DNA from: Waterburya sp.
GTDB taxonomy: Bacteria; Cyanobacteriota; Cyanobacteriia; Cyanobacteriales; Xenococcaceae
Length of the DNA: 64,000 nt
Direction: 5' to 3'
Assembly (NCBI GenBank): GCA_965217895.1
Contig: CBDCJV010000002.1
Coordinates: 2,944,001 to 3,008,000, forward strand
Positions 53,074 to 62,597 of the stretch are shown here, piece after piece (position 1 is the stretch's first letter; each line of letters begins with the position of its first letter). A model generated the notes under the pieces. That model was not told the origin of the DNA and did not search any database. It saw only the letters and a program-made list of their open reading frames with translations. The translations under genes were made by a program, and so were the position numbers.

Positions 53074-53895
53074 ATGCCTGAAGGCCCTGAAATCAGGATT
53101 GCTGCTGATAAAATAGCTAAAGCGATCGCCCTTAGACCAATAACAGAGATATTCTTCGCCTTCGAGCATCTCAAACCATACCAAGATATATTAGCAAAGC
53201 AGCTAATTACTGAGGTAAATACTAAGGGCAAAGGAATGTTGATTCGCTTTGATAATGGCTTGAGTATATTTAGTCATAATCAGCTTTACGGCAAGTGGAT
53301 GATTCGCAAGTCCCATAGTTATCCTGATACAAAGCGTCAATTAAGATTAGCTATTCATAACGAGCAGAAGTCGGCGTTACTTTATAGTGCATCGGATATA
53401 GAAGTTTTAGACGAAAAGGCGATCGCCATTCATCCTTTTCTCAGTCGTTTGGGTTTAGATGTTTTAGACAGCAAGACAACTCTTAAAAAAGTTAAAGCCA
53501 GATTGCAAAATAAGTCTTTTCAGCGTCGCCGTTTTACTAGCTTACTGCTCGACCAGGGTTTTTTGGCAGGCTTAGGCAATTATCTTCGTAGCGAAATACT
53601 ATTTGTCGCGCGAATACATCCTACATTACGCCCTGTTGACTGTAGCGAACAACAGATATCTGCACTGGCAAAAGCTGCCATTAGAGTCCCTCAACAGTCT
53701 TATCAAACCCAAGGAATTACCAATGATTTAAAGCTAGTCCAACGGTTAAAGAAACAGGGATACAAACGTCAAGATTACCGTCATTGGGTATTTGGCAGAG
53801 AAGAAAGACCTTGTTATGTCTGCAATACGTCTATTATCAAAGAGATTTCTGGAGGACGCAGATATTATTTTTGTCCTAACTGCCAAAAAGTATGA
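53074..53895 (+). CDS. nei: Endonuclease VIII (Fpg/Nei family)
   Basis: MPEGPE, SHNQLYG.W, GLGNYLRSEILF and a C-terminal CxxC..CxxC zinc finger. Confidence 0.92.
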   Translation: MPEGPEIRIAADKIAKAIALRPITEIFFAFEHLKPYQDILAKQLITEVNTKGKGMLIRFDNGLSIFSHNQLYGKWMIRKSHSYPDTKRQLRLAIHNEQKSALLYSASDIEVLDEKAIAIHPFLSRLGLDVLDSKTTLKKVKARLQNKSFQRRRFTSLLLDQGFLAGLGNYLRSEILFVARIHPTLRPVDCSEQQISALAKAAIRVPQQSYQTQGITNDLKLVQRLKKQGYKRQDYRHWVFGREERPCYVCNTSIIKEISGGRRYYFCPNCQKV

Positions 53896-54089
53896 TGCAA
53901 AATAATAATTTGCTAATTATCTCTAACCAAAGTTTGATTTTAAATACTTAGCTAATTTTATTTTTCTACAACCAATTATAGGTGTTGAGATCTAAATTAT
54001 TGTTCATGATAAATATAGAGGCAGGCAAAAAAATTACCAACCAACTAATAATTCGCGCCTCAACCATGTACAAATTTTAGAGATATTTT

Positions 54090-54545
54090 ATGAGCGTAGC
54101 AGAAAACAAAATTTCCCAACTTCATTCTTTAAAAGATGACGATCAATTAGCTGTTCTGTGGTATTTATATAAAGATATTGCTAAAGATAAAATTACAGCA
54201 GAGCCAGAAAGAGAAGGCGAGAATTTGGATCAAGCTAACAGTTTAATTGATAGTATCAAAGAAATGTCAAAAGACGATCAGCTACAGGTACAAAAAGATA
54301 TTTTATCTGGTAGCGATCGCGAAGAATTTAATACATACAAATCATATTCTTCAAACCAAAAACTATTTTTCTGGTATCAATTAGCAGCCGAAATGGAACA
54401 GGGTTCTGTTGTGGAGTTTCCTAGTGACTATCAGTTAGCTTCTGAAGGCAAAGAATTGCTAAACTCTTTAAAAACAATTGGTTTTGACCAGCAATTAACT
54501 TTTATGCGTGATGCTGTAGGCTATAGTTCTGATGATTCAAATTAA
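54090..54545 (+). CDS. Orange carotenoid protein N-terminal domain homologue (HCP-like)
   Basis: DDQLA.LW, Y..YSSN.KL.FWYQLA..M and P.DYQL...QQ.TF.R. Confidence 0.8.
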   Translation: MSVAENKISQLHSLKDDDQLAVLWYLYKDIAKDKITAEPEREGENLDQANSLIDSIKEMSKDDQLQVQKDILSGSDREEFNTYKSYSSNQKLFFWYQLAAEMEQGSVVEFPSDYQLASEGKELLNSLKTIGFDQQLTFMRDAVGYSSDDSN

Positions 54546-54593
54546 ATCAAACCAAAAAGCCAATTTATCTGTGTAATTAATTAGTTTTTTCTT

Positions 54594-54620
54594 TAGGGGT
54601 TTGGCATTGCCGAATCCCTA
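54594..54620. repeat. REP-like palindrome
   Basis: TAGGGGTTTGGCA-T-TGCCGAATCCCTA. Confidence 0.6.
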
Positions 54621-54754
54621 TTGCTATTTGTCATTTTATGACGTTGCTGATTTGAGATATAAAATCGAACAGCGTAGTTAGAGATGCTCTTCTTTGAGCA
54701 TCTCTTTTAATTTGGCGATCGCTATATAATCAATTTTGCCTAGCTACTTATATA

Positions 54755-56155
54755 CTACAGTTCTCGCACATCAGCTACCTGACCTTTGACCGCTGCTGCT
54801 ACAACCATTGCTGGACTCATGAGTAATGTTCTGCCTGTAGATGAACCCTGGCGACCTTTGAAGTTGCGGTTAGAAGAAGAAGCACTAATTTGCGTCCCTT
54901 CTAGTTTGTCTGGATTCATTGCCAAACACATTGAACAGCCTGGTTCACGCCATTCAAACCCCGCTTGCTCAAAAATTTTATTTAAGCCTTCTGCTTCTGC
55001 CTCTTGTTTTACTCGTTCTGAACCAGGAACAACAAAAGCTTTGACTCCCGATGCTACATGGTGTCCCTGGGCAACTTTGGCAGCTTCTCTTAGATCGCTA
55101 ATTCTGCCATTGGTGCAGCTACCAATAAAACAAACATCAATTTTTGTACCTTTAATCGGCTTTCCTGGAGTTAATTTCATATAGCTATATGCCTCTTGGG
55201 CGAGCGCGCGCTCGCCTTGAGGTAAACCATCAGCCGTGGGGATATTTTCACTAATACTCAATCCCTGTCCTGGAGTAATGCCCCAAGTTATGGTTGGTTC
55301 GATCTCGGCAGCTTCAAAGGTAACTACATTATCATAAACTGCATCATCATCGCTATGAATACTCCGCCACCAAGCAACCGCTTTGTCCCATGCTTCTGCT
55401 TGAGGCGCAAAATCTCGACCTTTGAGATAGGTAAAAGTAGTCTCATCAGGATTTATATATCCGCAACGCGCCCCACCTTCGATAGACATATTACAAACAG
55501 TCATTCGTTCTTCCATACTCATACATTCAAAGGTAGTGCCTGCAAATTCGTAGGCATAACCTACCCCACCTTTTACTCCAAGTTGGCGAATGACATAAAG
55601 AATCACGTCTTTAGCGAATACCCCATGAGGTAACTTGCCGTTTATCTCAATTTTGCGTACTTTTAGTTTGGCTAGGGCAAGGGTTTGGGAAGCTAAGACA
55701 TCCCTGACTTGAGAAGTGCCAATGCCAAAAGCGATCGCGCCAAACGCGCCATGAGTCGAAGTATGAGAATCACCACAGGCAACGGTCATTCCTGGTTGAG
55801 TCAGACCTTGTTCGGGGGCTATTACGTGGACTATGCCCTGATTACCCGAACCAATATTATAAAATTTAATGCCATAGTCATTAGTATTTTTTTCTAATGC
55901 CTGCATCATTTCTTCTGCTAAGCGATCGGCAAAAGGACGAGCCTGGTTTTCCGTCGGCACAATATGATCGACTGTGGCAACTGTCCTCTCAGGAAACAAT
56001 ACTTTGAGATTTCTGGCTCGCAGCATCGCAAAAGCTTGAGGGCTGGTTACTTCGTGAATTAAATGTAAACCAATAAATAGCTGAGTTTGACCAGAAGGTA
56101 ATGTGCCAACGGTATGTAAATCCCAAACTTTATCAAATAGTGTTCCCTGACTCAT
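54755..56155 (-). CDS. leuC: 3-isopropylmalate dehydratase large subunit
   Basis: [31 protein letters not shown] and NRNFKGRQG. Confidence 0.97.
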   Translation of the reverse strand: MSQGTLFDKVWDLHTVGTLPSGQTQLFIGLHLIHEVTSPQAFAMLRARNLKVLFPERTVATVDHIVPTENQARPFADRLAEEMMQALEKNTNDYGIKFYNIGSGNQGIVHVIAPEQGLTQPGMTVACGDSHTSTHGAFGAIAFGIGTSQVRDVLASQTLALAKLKVRKIEINGKLPHGVFAKDVILYVIRQLGVKGGVGYAYEFAGTTFECMSMEERMTVCNMSIEGGARCGYINPDETTFTYLKGRDFAPQAEAWDKAVAWWRSIHSDDDAVYDNVVTFEAAEIEPTITWGITPGQGLSISENIPTADGLPQGERALAQEAYSYMKLTPGKPIKGTKIDVCFIGSCTNGRISDLREAAKVAQGHHVASGVKAFVVPGSERVKQEAEAEGLNKIFEQAGFEWREPGCSMCLAMNPDKLEGTQISASSSNRNFKGRQGSSTGRTLLMSPAMVVAAAVKGQVADVREL

Positions 56156-56191
56156 ATAACCAATTGCTGCTGACAGTTTGTTTAAAGTATC

Positions 56192-56207
56192 TGTAGTTTA
56201 TTTTACA
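56192..56207. promoter_or_regulatory. NtcA-like site TGTA-N8-TACA
   Basis: TGTAGTTTATTTTACA, about 40-50 nt upstream of the leuC start. Confidence 0.4.
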
Positions 56208-56409
56208 TTTTTTGTCTTAAGCAAAGCATAAGTTTTGAATTTTCTTAGATCGAGTTTGTATAATGGCTGAAAAGAAAATTTCCAACGGACATCTCACGCT
56301 TGTCGGGAAACCCGACAAGGCGTGTCTTCTTCCTAAGTATGACCTCCAGTAAAAAGATGCCGATTTTGTTGTTGCTCAGTCTAATATTTTGGGCGATCGC
56401 TGATAACCG

Positions 56410-57471
56410 CTAGGCATGAGTTAATAATTGATCTGCTTGTTTAGCTGTTTCAAAGAAATGACGCACATTGTCTTCAGGGGTGCCAACTAGTACACCATGT
56501 CCCAAATTAAGAATGTGTCCTTGGTTGCCTGCTTTACGGATAGTGTCTAAAATGCGATCGCGAATCACATCATGAGAGCCAAATAGCACTCCAGGGTCAA
56601 TATTGCCCTGCACCTTCATATCTTTGCCTAGTCTTTGTCTAGCTTCTGCCATATCTACTGTCCAGTCAACGCTAATAATATCTGCACCAGAATTAGTCAT
56701 GCGTTCTAATAAACCAGCACTACCGCTAACTAAAAGAATCAATGGAGTGTCAGGATGAGTTTCTTTTACCTTACGAAATACCTGCTGCTGGTAAGGTAAA
56801 GCAAAAGTTTCATAGTCTTGAGGACATAGTTGACCAGCCCAAGAGTCAAACATTTGAACTGCCTGCGCGCCACAGTCAATTTGATAGCAGATATAAGTGG
56901 CGATCGCATCTGCTAGCTTGCTCAATAACTGATGCAAAATAGTCGGATCGCAAAAGGCCATCTTTTTAATGTTGGCATAGGTTTTAGAACCTTTTCCTTC
57001 TACGGTATAGGCAGCCAGCGTCCAGGGCGCACCGACAAAGCCCAGCACAGTGGACTTGTTACCTACTTCAGCACGCAAACTTTCTAGGATAGTCTTGATG
57101 AAAGGTAGAGACTCTTCTGGCTGTAAAGGATGGAGTGCATCTACCTGTTTCTGACTACGAATAGGAGAACTAATAATTGGGCCTTTGCCTTCGGCGATAT
57201 CCATATCGATCCCTAAGCCTGGCAAGGGAGTAACAATATCGGAAAACATAATTACCCCATCAGGCTGAAAAGCTTTCCAAGGTTGTAAAGAAATTTCAAT
57301 AGCTACTTCGGGAATCTCTGAGCGATCGCGAAAGCTGGGATACTTTTCTCTAATATCCCGATATGCTTTCATATATCTACCCGCCTGGCGCATCATCCAT
57401 ACAGGGGGACGTTCTAATACTTCGCCACGGGCTGCCCTTAACAATAATGGCGTTTCATTTACTTCGCTCAT
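56410..57471 (-). CDS. hemE: Uroporphyrinogen decarboxylase
   Basis: [27 protein letters not shown] and NLGHG. Confidence 0.97.
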   Translation of the reverse strand: MSEVNETPLLLRAARGEVLERPPVWMMRQAGRYMKAYRDIREKYPSFRDRSEIPEVAIEISLQPWKAFQPDGVIMFSDIVTPLPGLGIDMDIAEGKGPIISSPIRSQKQVDALHPLQPEESLPFIKTILESLRAEVGNKSTVLGFVGAPWTLAAYTVEGKGSKTYANIKKMAFCDPTILHQLLSKLADAIATYICYQIDCGAQAVQMFDSWAGQLCPQDYETFALPYQQQVFRKVKETHPDTPLILLVSGSAGLLERMTNSGADIISVDWTVDMAEARQRLGKDMKVQGNIDPGVLFGSHDVIRDRILDTIRKAGNQGHILNLGHGVLVGTPEDNVRHFFETAKQADQLLTHA

Positions 57472-57625
57472 TTGATAAATTCTCTCTAACTGTCAGTTAC
57501 TAAAATTTCTTTGACTAGATCGTAGAATAACATTGGAGCTACCTTGAAGAATATACCAGCTAAACTATACTTTACCTTTATAGCAATAACAATTGTGCTT
57601 AGAACAATATGAATTATGAATTGCA

Positions 57626-57647
57626 GGGGCGAATCGCGATTCGCCCC
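57626..57647. repeat. REP-like perfect palindrome (intergenic)
   Basis: GGGGCGAATCGCGATTCGCCCC; same architecture as the alaS-internal palindromes. Confidence 0.8.
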
Positions 57648-57660
57648 GACACAAATCTAT

Positions 57661-58140
57661 TTATGACATCATGCGGTCTAAAATCTTCTGGACAATCTGC
57701 ATTCCGCTAATTGCTTGCCAACCAAATAATCCCAATAGCAGAATATTAAGCGAAACATGGGTATTGCGAGCCAGACTATTGCCTTTTTGCATATAAGGAA
57801 CTAGTGATGCAGAAACAGCAATCAAGCCAGTCATACCTAATCCAGCTAAAAGATGAGGACCAACAAACAGTTTGCCATTATTGATATAGGTGACTGCCAT
57901 AGCACCTAAACTACCTAAAATCATGAAAGCCAGAAGAATTGACCCCATTCTGTGGTGTCTTTGACCAAAGTTTTTCTTAACTAATTCTTTCCTGGTTTCT
58001 TTGTCAGCACTACGAATTTTAGAACTTTGAACTCCCAAATATAAAGCGTAAACACTAATACCCAACAACACCCACATTAGTATAGGATGACCGAACTGCG
58101 ACCAGGTTTTAATCCCATCTGGAATAGCTTCTAATGCCAT
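57661..58140 (-). CDS. DUF4079-family membrane protein
   Basis: HPILMW, RHH.MG, GPHLL.G and R.TH..LN; four TM helices with conserved His. Confidence 0.85.
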   Translation of the reverse strand: MALEAIPDGIKTWSQFGHPILMWVLLGISVYALYLGVQSSKIRSADKETRKELVKKNFGQRHHRMGSILLAFMILGSLGAMAVTYINNGKLFVGPHLLAGLGMTGLIAVSASLVPYMQKGNSLARNTHVSLNILLLGLFGWQAISGMQIVQKILDRMMS

Positions 58141-58539
58141 TGTATTCTCCTTTCTAACTTAAATAAACTTCAATTTTAATAAAATTCAATTTAACATACT
58201 GTAACTTTATAAAGCTATTGACGGTTGAGGTCATTTGGATGAGTTTGCTCAAGTTATAAAATGCTTGTTACAAGGCATGAGAGATTAACCCTATTCATGT
58301 CAGTTTCCGAGAATTAAACTATAACAGAAAAGGTTTTTGGTGGCTGTGAGGTAGATAGGGTAATCGATTTATTGTTACCATGAATCAATTCTATTTGTAT
58401 TTTCCTGATGGCTAAATCTTTTTTCTACTACTCTTTAAATTCGGAGAGTGACAAAAGAAAAATATTATGAGTAAAAATTTCAGGTAAATACTTTTTATCT
58501 TGTGACTAATGAGCTACTATGTATCTTAATAGTTCACTA

Positions 58540-58613
58540 GTCAGAGTAGCTCAGTTGGTTAGAGCATCGGACTCATAAGCCGAGGGTCGGGAGTTCAAGT
58601 CTCCCCTCTGACA
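58540..58613 (+). tRNA. trnM: tRNA with CAT anticodon (elongator Met-like)
   Basis: Acceptor stem GTCAGAG/CTCTGAC, D-arm TAGCTCAGTTGGTTAGAGC, loop CTCATAA and T-arm GGGAGTTCAAGTCTCCC. Confidence 0.9.
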
Positions 58614-58944
58614 CTTTAATAATCACGCTGGATTCAGCCATGAAAGGGATTTGATTATTCAAACTTTTGAGAGCGATCTCATGAACAAACTGGTTTTCTT
58701 TGCCGTAAATTTCTAGTTCTGCCCGATACGCTTCAGGTAGTATTGGTTCAGTCGTAGCAATGCCTTTTTTCTGGGCAGCGTTTTGACGACGTTTGGCGTT
58801 GACCTTTCCAGGATTTCTCAGACGATTCCGTTTGAGCCGACAGTTGTGACCGACGTAACATTCAGGGTGCTTTTCTTGAGCCTCATCTTCTGTGCGGTAG
58901 TTTTTGGCACAGTAAAGGCAGGTTGGATTAGCTTTTCTACCCAT
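58573..58944 (-). pseudogene. Truncated CxxC-containing basic protein; frame runs on antisense into the tRNA
   Basis: MGRKANPTCLYCA..C...NCR..R; the last residues are the reverse complement of the tRNA, so the true 3' end is probably lost near 58673. Confidence 0.55.
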
Positions 58945-58954
58945 AGACTAACAA

Positions 58955-59281
58955 CTAATCGTTTTCGTTTATTGTACTATTGCTCGCTGCTTGAACAAGC
59001 TCCTGTACTTTCTCGACCCCAATGTAGTCAATCAGCTCAGCTAAATTATCATCGTTTAGCATACTTTGAGAAAGAATACCAGAGCGCCAAAAGCCTAAGT
59101 TATCCCAAACATCCCCGTCCAAATTTTCGGCATTGATGTTCATATATTGCTTAACTTCTTGAGCCAAAGCGAGCGCGAGATTAAACCGATCATTAGATTG
59201 AAACGACTGGACTCTATCCATATTTTTACTGATAAATATTTGAATTAACTTTATTGATTGACCAACGGTCACAGCAGGCAA
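58955..59281 (-). CDS. Hypothetical protein
   Basis: ORF packed between the toxin gene and the CxxC gene; start probably at the internal MDRVQS. Confidence 0.5.
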   Translation of the reverse strand: MPAVTVGQSIKLIQIFISKNMDRVQSFQSNDRFNLALALAQEVKQYMNINAENLDGDVWDNLGFWRSGILSQSMLNDDNLAELIDYIGVEKVQELVQAASNSTINEND

Positions 59282-59318
59282 TTCTTCAGTGCGATAGTTC
59301 TTGTAGTTATGTCTAAAC

Positions 59319-59663
59319 TTACTTCAAAGATAAAACTATTTTCAAAGCAACGTCTATCTTTGCCAAATCCTCTGCACTTAAACTGCCCCACTTGTGCGAG
59401 AGACGAGATTTGGAGATCGCCCGAATTTGTTCGCACTTTACAATGCTATCTATACTCAAGCCATTGCTTCTAGTTGCTTTGACTAAATGATGACTGGGAT
59501 AGATTTTTTTTCTAGGAGTAAATTTGGTAATAGGCACAATAACTACCACAGGAGAGCTGCGATTGAGGCCATCTCGACTAACAATAACTGTAGGGCGCGA
59601 TCCTGCTTGTTCAGAGTCTTTTGTTATATCTAACTCAGCTTGATAAATATCTCCTCTAATCAT
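59319..59663 (-). CDS. PemK/MazF-family toxin
   Basis: RGDIY.A.L, SEQAG.RP..IVSRD..N, V.IVPIT and CEQIR.ISK.RL. Confidence 0.93.
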   Translation of the reverse strand: MIRGDIYQAELDITKDSEQAGSRPTVIVSRDGLNRSSPVVVIVPITKFTPRKKIYPSHHLVKATRSNGLSIDSIVKCEQIRAISKSRLSHKWGSLSAEDLAKIDVALKIVLSLK

Positions 59664-59943
59664 CGTTTGAGGTTGCCACCTCTAAGTCGCTCTTGGCAAA
59701 CTCTGACTCAATAGCTAACGTCTCGGCTATATAATCCGAATCACCTGCCATCATCGCAAACTCATCATCGATTTGAGCCTCTTTTTTAAGCTCAACCCAA
59801 TTTGCGATCGCTTCAACTATAAGCTGATTACGGGTAGTAATTCCTGGGCTACCAACTAAAGCGTCAGCTTCTGCTGCCAGATCGTCTGGAATAGTAATAG
59901 TAGTACGCATTGATATAATTATTGATATATATTTCGACATCAA
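59656..59943 (-). CDS. Ribbon-helix-helix (CopG-like) antitoxin
   Basis: MRTTITIPDDL..TRNQLI.EAI with an acidic tail; overlaps the toxin start. Confidence 0.85.
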   Translation of the reverse strand: MMSKYISIIISMRTTITIPDDLAAEADALVGSPGITTRNQLIVEAIANWVELKKEAQIDDEFAMMAGDSDYIAETLAIESEFAKSDLEVATSNDD

Positions 59944-60039
59944 TAATCATAGCAAAATAATTCAGGTAGACAAGCGTTTGAATAATAGCGTATCAATTGC
60001 ATATCATTTTATAGTCGAAGCTAGATTATTTCTTCTAAA

Positions 60040-60498
60040 TCAACTAGATTTCCACATTCTTCGATCAAAGCGAAATCTAATCGGCGGTTTTAAATCGACC
60101 TTGAACTGAGGATGTTCTGGATTAAACAGGTAATTAGACTCTACTGGGACTATAGCTGAAGGTACTTTCAATATTGGAGTTCGACAAGATATTAACCAAC
60201 TCTGACCAATTTTTTGCAATTTAGAACAGGAATCTGGATCTTGCCAATTCTTTGGCATATTCTCGATCTTGATTTTTTCTATCTTTAATTCATCAGGAAT
60301 ATTAGCCTTGATAGCTACCAGAGCAACTCGATCGCTTTCCAGGTGAACAAATATTTCTAGTGAAGCCAAAGCCAAACTTTCAGCAGTGTATACAATCTTA
60401 TGCCCTTGAGTATGCCATCTACCAGGAACGTACAATCCACCTATACCAGAGAACGCTGAATCCTGATATTTGGCAGCACATATTCGCCAGACGTGCAT
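60040..60498 (-). CDS. RES-domain toxin (NAD+ phosphorylase family)
   Basis: WRI, FSG.GG....GRW, YTAESLALA.LE and VPSAIVP.E.NYL.NP.H. Confidence 0.92.
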   Translation of the reverse strand: MHVWRICAAKYQDSAFSGIGGLYVPGRWHTQGHKIVYTAESLALASLEIFVHLESDRVALVAIKANIPDELKIEKIKIENMPKNWQDPDSCSKLQKIGQSWLISCRTPILKVPSAIVPVESNYLFNPEHPQFKVDLKPPIRFRFDRRMWKSS

Positions 60499-60864
60499 CT
60501 AGGAAAAAACTCCGTAACTTGCCTGCATCAACATTTGCTCTACTTGCCTACAGCCAGAATTAGTATCTAATAGTTCGAGGGGTATTTTGTTGTTTAGTGC
60601 TTGCTTAGGTGTAGACAGCCATCGCCTAGTTTCTTGTTCGTCTTCAAACAACTCTTGTGCCTGTTCTATTATCTTGATACATCTGCTCCAGCGATCGCCT
60701 ATATTTGGCTTGAGTACAGGATTGTTTTTCTCGTAACGAAATTGCGTACTTTCACTAATTCCTAAGATGTTTCGCACCCATAATCTGTCTATCTGATATT
60801 TATCTGCTATTTGTCTAACCGAGACATACGTTATCCTCTCAATTTTGAGCGAAGATTGAGCCAT
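60499..60864 (-). CDS. Xre/MbcA/ParS-family antitoxin (DUF2384)
   Basis: N-terminal HTH, then A.ELF.....WL..P..AL....PL.LL.T..G...V...L....YG.F; abuts the RES gene. Confidence 0.9.
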   Translation of the reverse strand: MAQSSLKIERITYVSVRQIADKYQIDRLWVRNILGISESTQFRYEKNNPVLKPNIGDRWSRCIKIIEQAQELFEDEQETRRWLSTPKQALNNKIPLELLDTNSGCRQVEQMLMQASYGVFS

Positions 60865-60928
60865 AGCACTTCACCAAATATTTCGTCATTTGACACTATT
60901 TTACTGTCAATCGAGAGCAAAATCAACT

Positions 60929-61033
60929 CTAGTACCTACCTACCTTAATATCTACCATTACAGGAACAGGATCTAAAATATCCCGCCCTGCTTCAACCAT
61001 AACCCTTTCTAAAACCCCAGCGGCGCGATCGCA
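60929..61033 (-). pseudogene. C-terminal fragment of a family A DNA polymerase
   Basis: Manual translation CDRAAGVLERVMVEAGRDILDPVPVMVDIKVGRY* resembles the PolA C-terminal M..AG...L..VP..V....G..W motif. Confidence 0.55.
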
Positions 61034-61220
61034 TAACCTATTATCTTAAACATTGGACTACACTTATTTTTTAATCGATCATCTATTCATTGTGCAACGC
61101 CCAAAGCAACACTATTGCTCAAAAGAGTAACTACACACATAAGAGCAAGTATAATTGCGGTGAGAACATAAATACTCTAATTATTTAACTGCTTAAATAA
61201 TTAGACAATAAAAAAGACAG

Positions 61221-61261
61221 ATATCTTCCGTATTTTGGTTGTCTCAAAAGACGGAAGATAT
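61221..61261 (-). terminator. Hairpin downstream of tRNA-Arg
   Basis: ATATCTTCCGT...ACGGAAGATAT. Confidence 0.55.
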
Positions 61262-61304
61262 TTTATACTCCGATCAACAATCCTAAATGAAGCTTTGCAA
61301 GTCA

Positions 61305-61378
61305 TGAGCGAGAAGGGATTTGAACCCCTGACCTTTTGGTTCGTAGCCAAATGCTCTAATCCACTGAGCTACTCGCCC
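61305..61378 (-). tRNA. trnR: tRNA-Arg (ACG)
   Basis: GGGCGAGTAGCTCAGTGGATTAGAGCATTTGGCTACGAACCAAAAGGTCAGGGGTTCAAATCCCTTCTCGCTCA folds as a cloverleaf with anticodon ACG. Confidence 0.92.
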
Positions 61379-61448
61379 TTAGTTAAGTAATCAGTAACTT
61401 ACTGAATAAACCCAACAGCCTCTAATAGTAGCAGAACTATAGATACCA

Positions 61449-61955
61449 ATGCAAGAAAATAATAATTTTGAGTCTTTGTCCCATTTAAACCATCGTGGAG
61501 AGGCTCAAATGGTGGATGTTTCAGCCAAAAAAGCAACTCGCCGTCAAGCCGTAGCCAGAGGCAAAATTAAAATGTCTTTGGCTACGTTGAAAACTATTGA
61601 AGCAGGAAATGCTCCCAAAGGTGATGTCTTGGGTACAGCAAAAATCGCTGGGATTATGGCAGCCAAGCAAACTGCCAATTTGATACCTCTTTGCCATCCT
61701 TTACCTATTCATAAGATTGAAGTAGACATTAGCCCAAATTATGATTTGCCTGGATACGAAATTATGGCTAAGGTAGCTGTCAAAGGTTCAACAGGAGTAG
61801 AAATGGAGGCATTAACTGCTGTGTCTGTCACTGCCCTAACCTTATACGATATGGCAAAAGCACTGGAGAAATCAATGGAGATCTCCCAAATCTCTTTGCT
61901 AAGTAAAACAGGGGGCAAGTCAGGAGACTATTTTGCTGAAGAAAAAAGCCACTAA
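61449..61955 (+). CDS. moaC: Cyclic pyranopterin monophosphate synthase
   Basis: [32 protein letters not shown] and KTGGKSG. Confidence 0.97.
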   Translation: MQENNNFESLSHLNHRGEAQMVDVSAKKATRRQAVARGKIKMSLATLKTIEAGNAPKGDVLGTAKIAGIMAAKQTANLIPLCHPLPIHKIEVDISPNYDLPGYEIMAKVAVKGSTGVEMEALTAVSVTALTLYDMAKALEKSMEISQISLLSKTGGKSGDYFAEEKSH

Positions 61956-62010
61956 ACCGATACAATAAAAGTAATATCAAATAACTATGTTCAATTTAAA
62001 ATAGCAATTT

Positions 62011-62262
62011 ATGCCTCCTCGTTGGCCTCGCAAACCCGATCGCAAAACAGATCCAGAATATCGCCGTTTAGATGATCTCATCAACTTTGCGATTCATGCA
62101 GGAGTTTATTCTGCTGCTAACTCTGGCTTATGGTTTGTGCATATTCTGAAATCTACAGAATGGTCTTGGTTGCTGTGGGTAAACGGTATCTGGTTTGGCA
62201 TCTTAGCATTACACTTTATCTATATTAAGGCGATCGCAGACTACACCACAATTAAAACCTAA
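62011..62262 (+). CDS. Small two-TM conserved cyanobacterial protein
   Basis: MPPRWPRKPDR..DP.YRR.DD..NFA.H with two hydrophobic segments. Confidence 0.8.
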   Translation: MPPRWPRKPDRKTDPEYRRLDDLINFAIHAGVYSAANSGLWFVHILKSTEWSWLLWVNGIWFGILALHFIYIKAIADYTTIKT

Positions 62263-62561
62263 TGGCTAGCACACAACAAATAGAAACCTTAGCAGCTCAA
62301 ATTGGCGAAAACATTTATATTGATATAGCCAAGTGGCATCTATATTTAAATGATGCTCACCTGCATACCGTTATTGCCGAAAAAGTATATCCTCTTTTGG
62401 AAAAGGACTCTTTGAATGAAGATTCAGTTACCGCCATTTTGCGGGGTATTCCCGTTAAATTAGGCGGAGGAAAAACTGAATTACCTTTAAATGACTTATT
62501 GCCAATGCAGTGCCAAGCTAATCTTTTAGATTTACTAGAAGAGTATCAAAAAGATATGTAA
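62262..62561 (+). CDS. DUF3181-family protein
   Basis: IGENIYIDIAKWHLYL.DA.L and V.LGGG...LPL..LLP. Confidence 0.8.
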   Translation: MASTQQIETLAAQIGENIYIDIAKWHLYLNDAHLHTVIAEKVYPLLEKDSLNEDSVTAILRGIPVKLGGGKTELPLNDLLPMQCQANLLDLLEEYQKDM

Positions 62562-62597
62562 AATATGTTCTACATATCTAGATCATATTTTTCCAGC

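Noticed and set aside
58614..61304. attL/attR duplication of a tRNA 3' end
   Set aside because: No duplicated tRNA fragment and no integrase seen in the islet.
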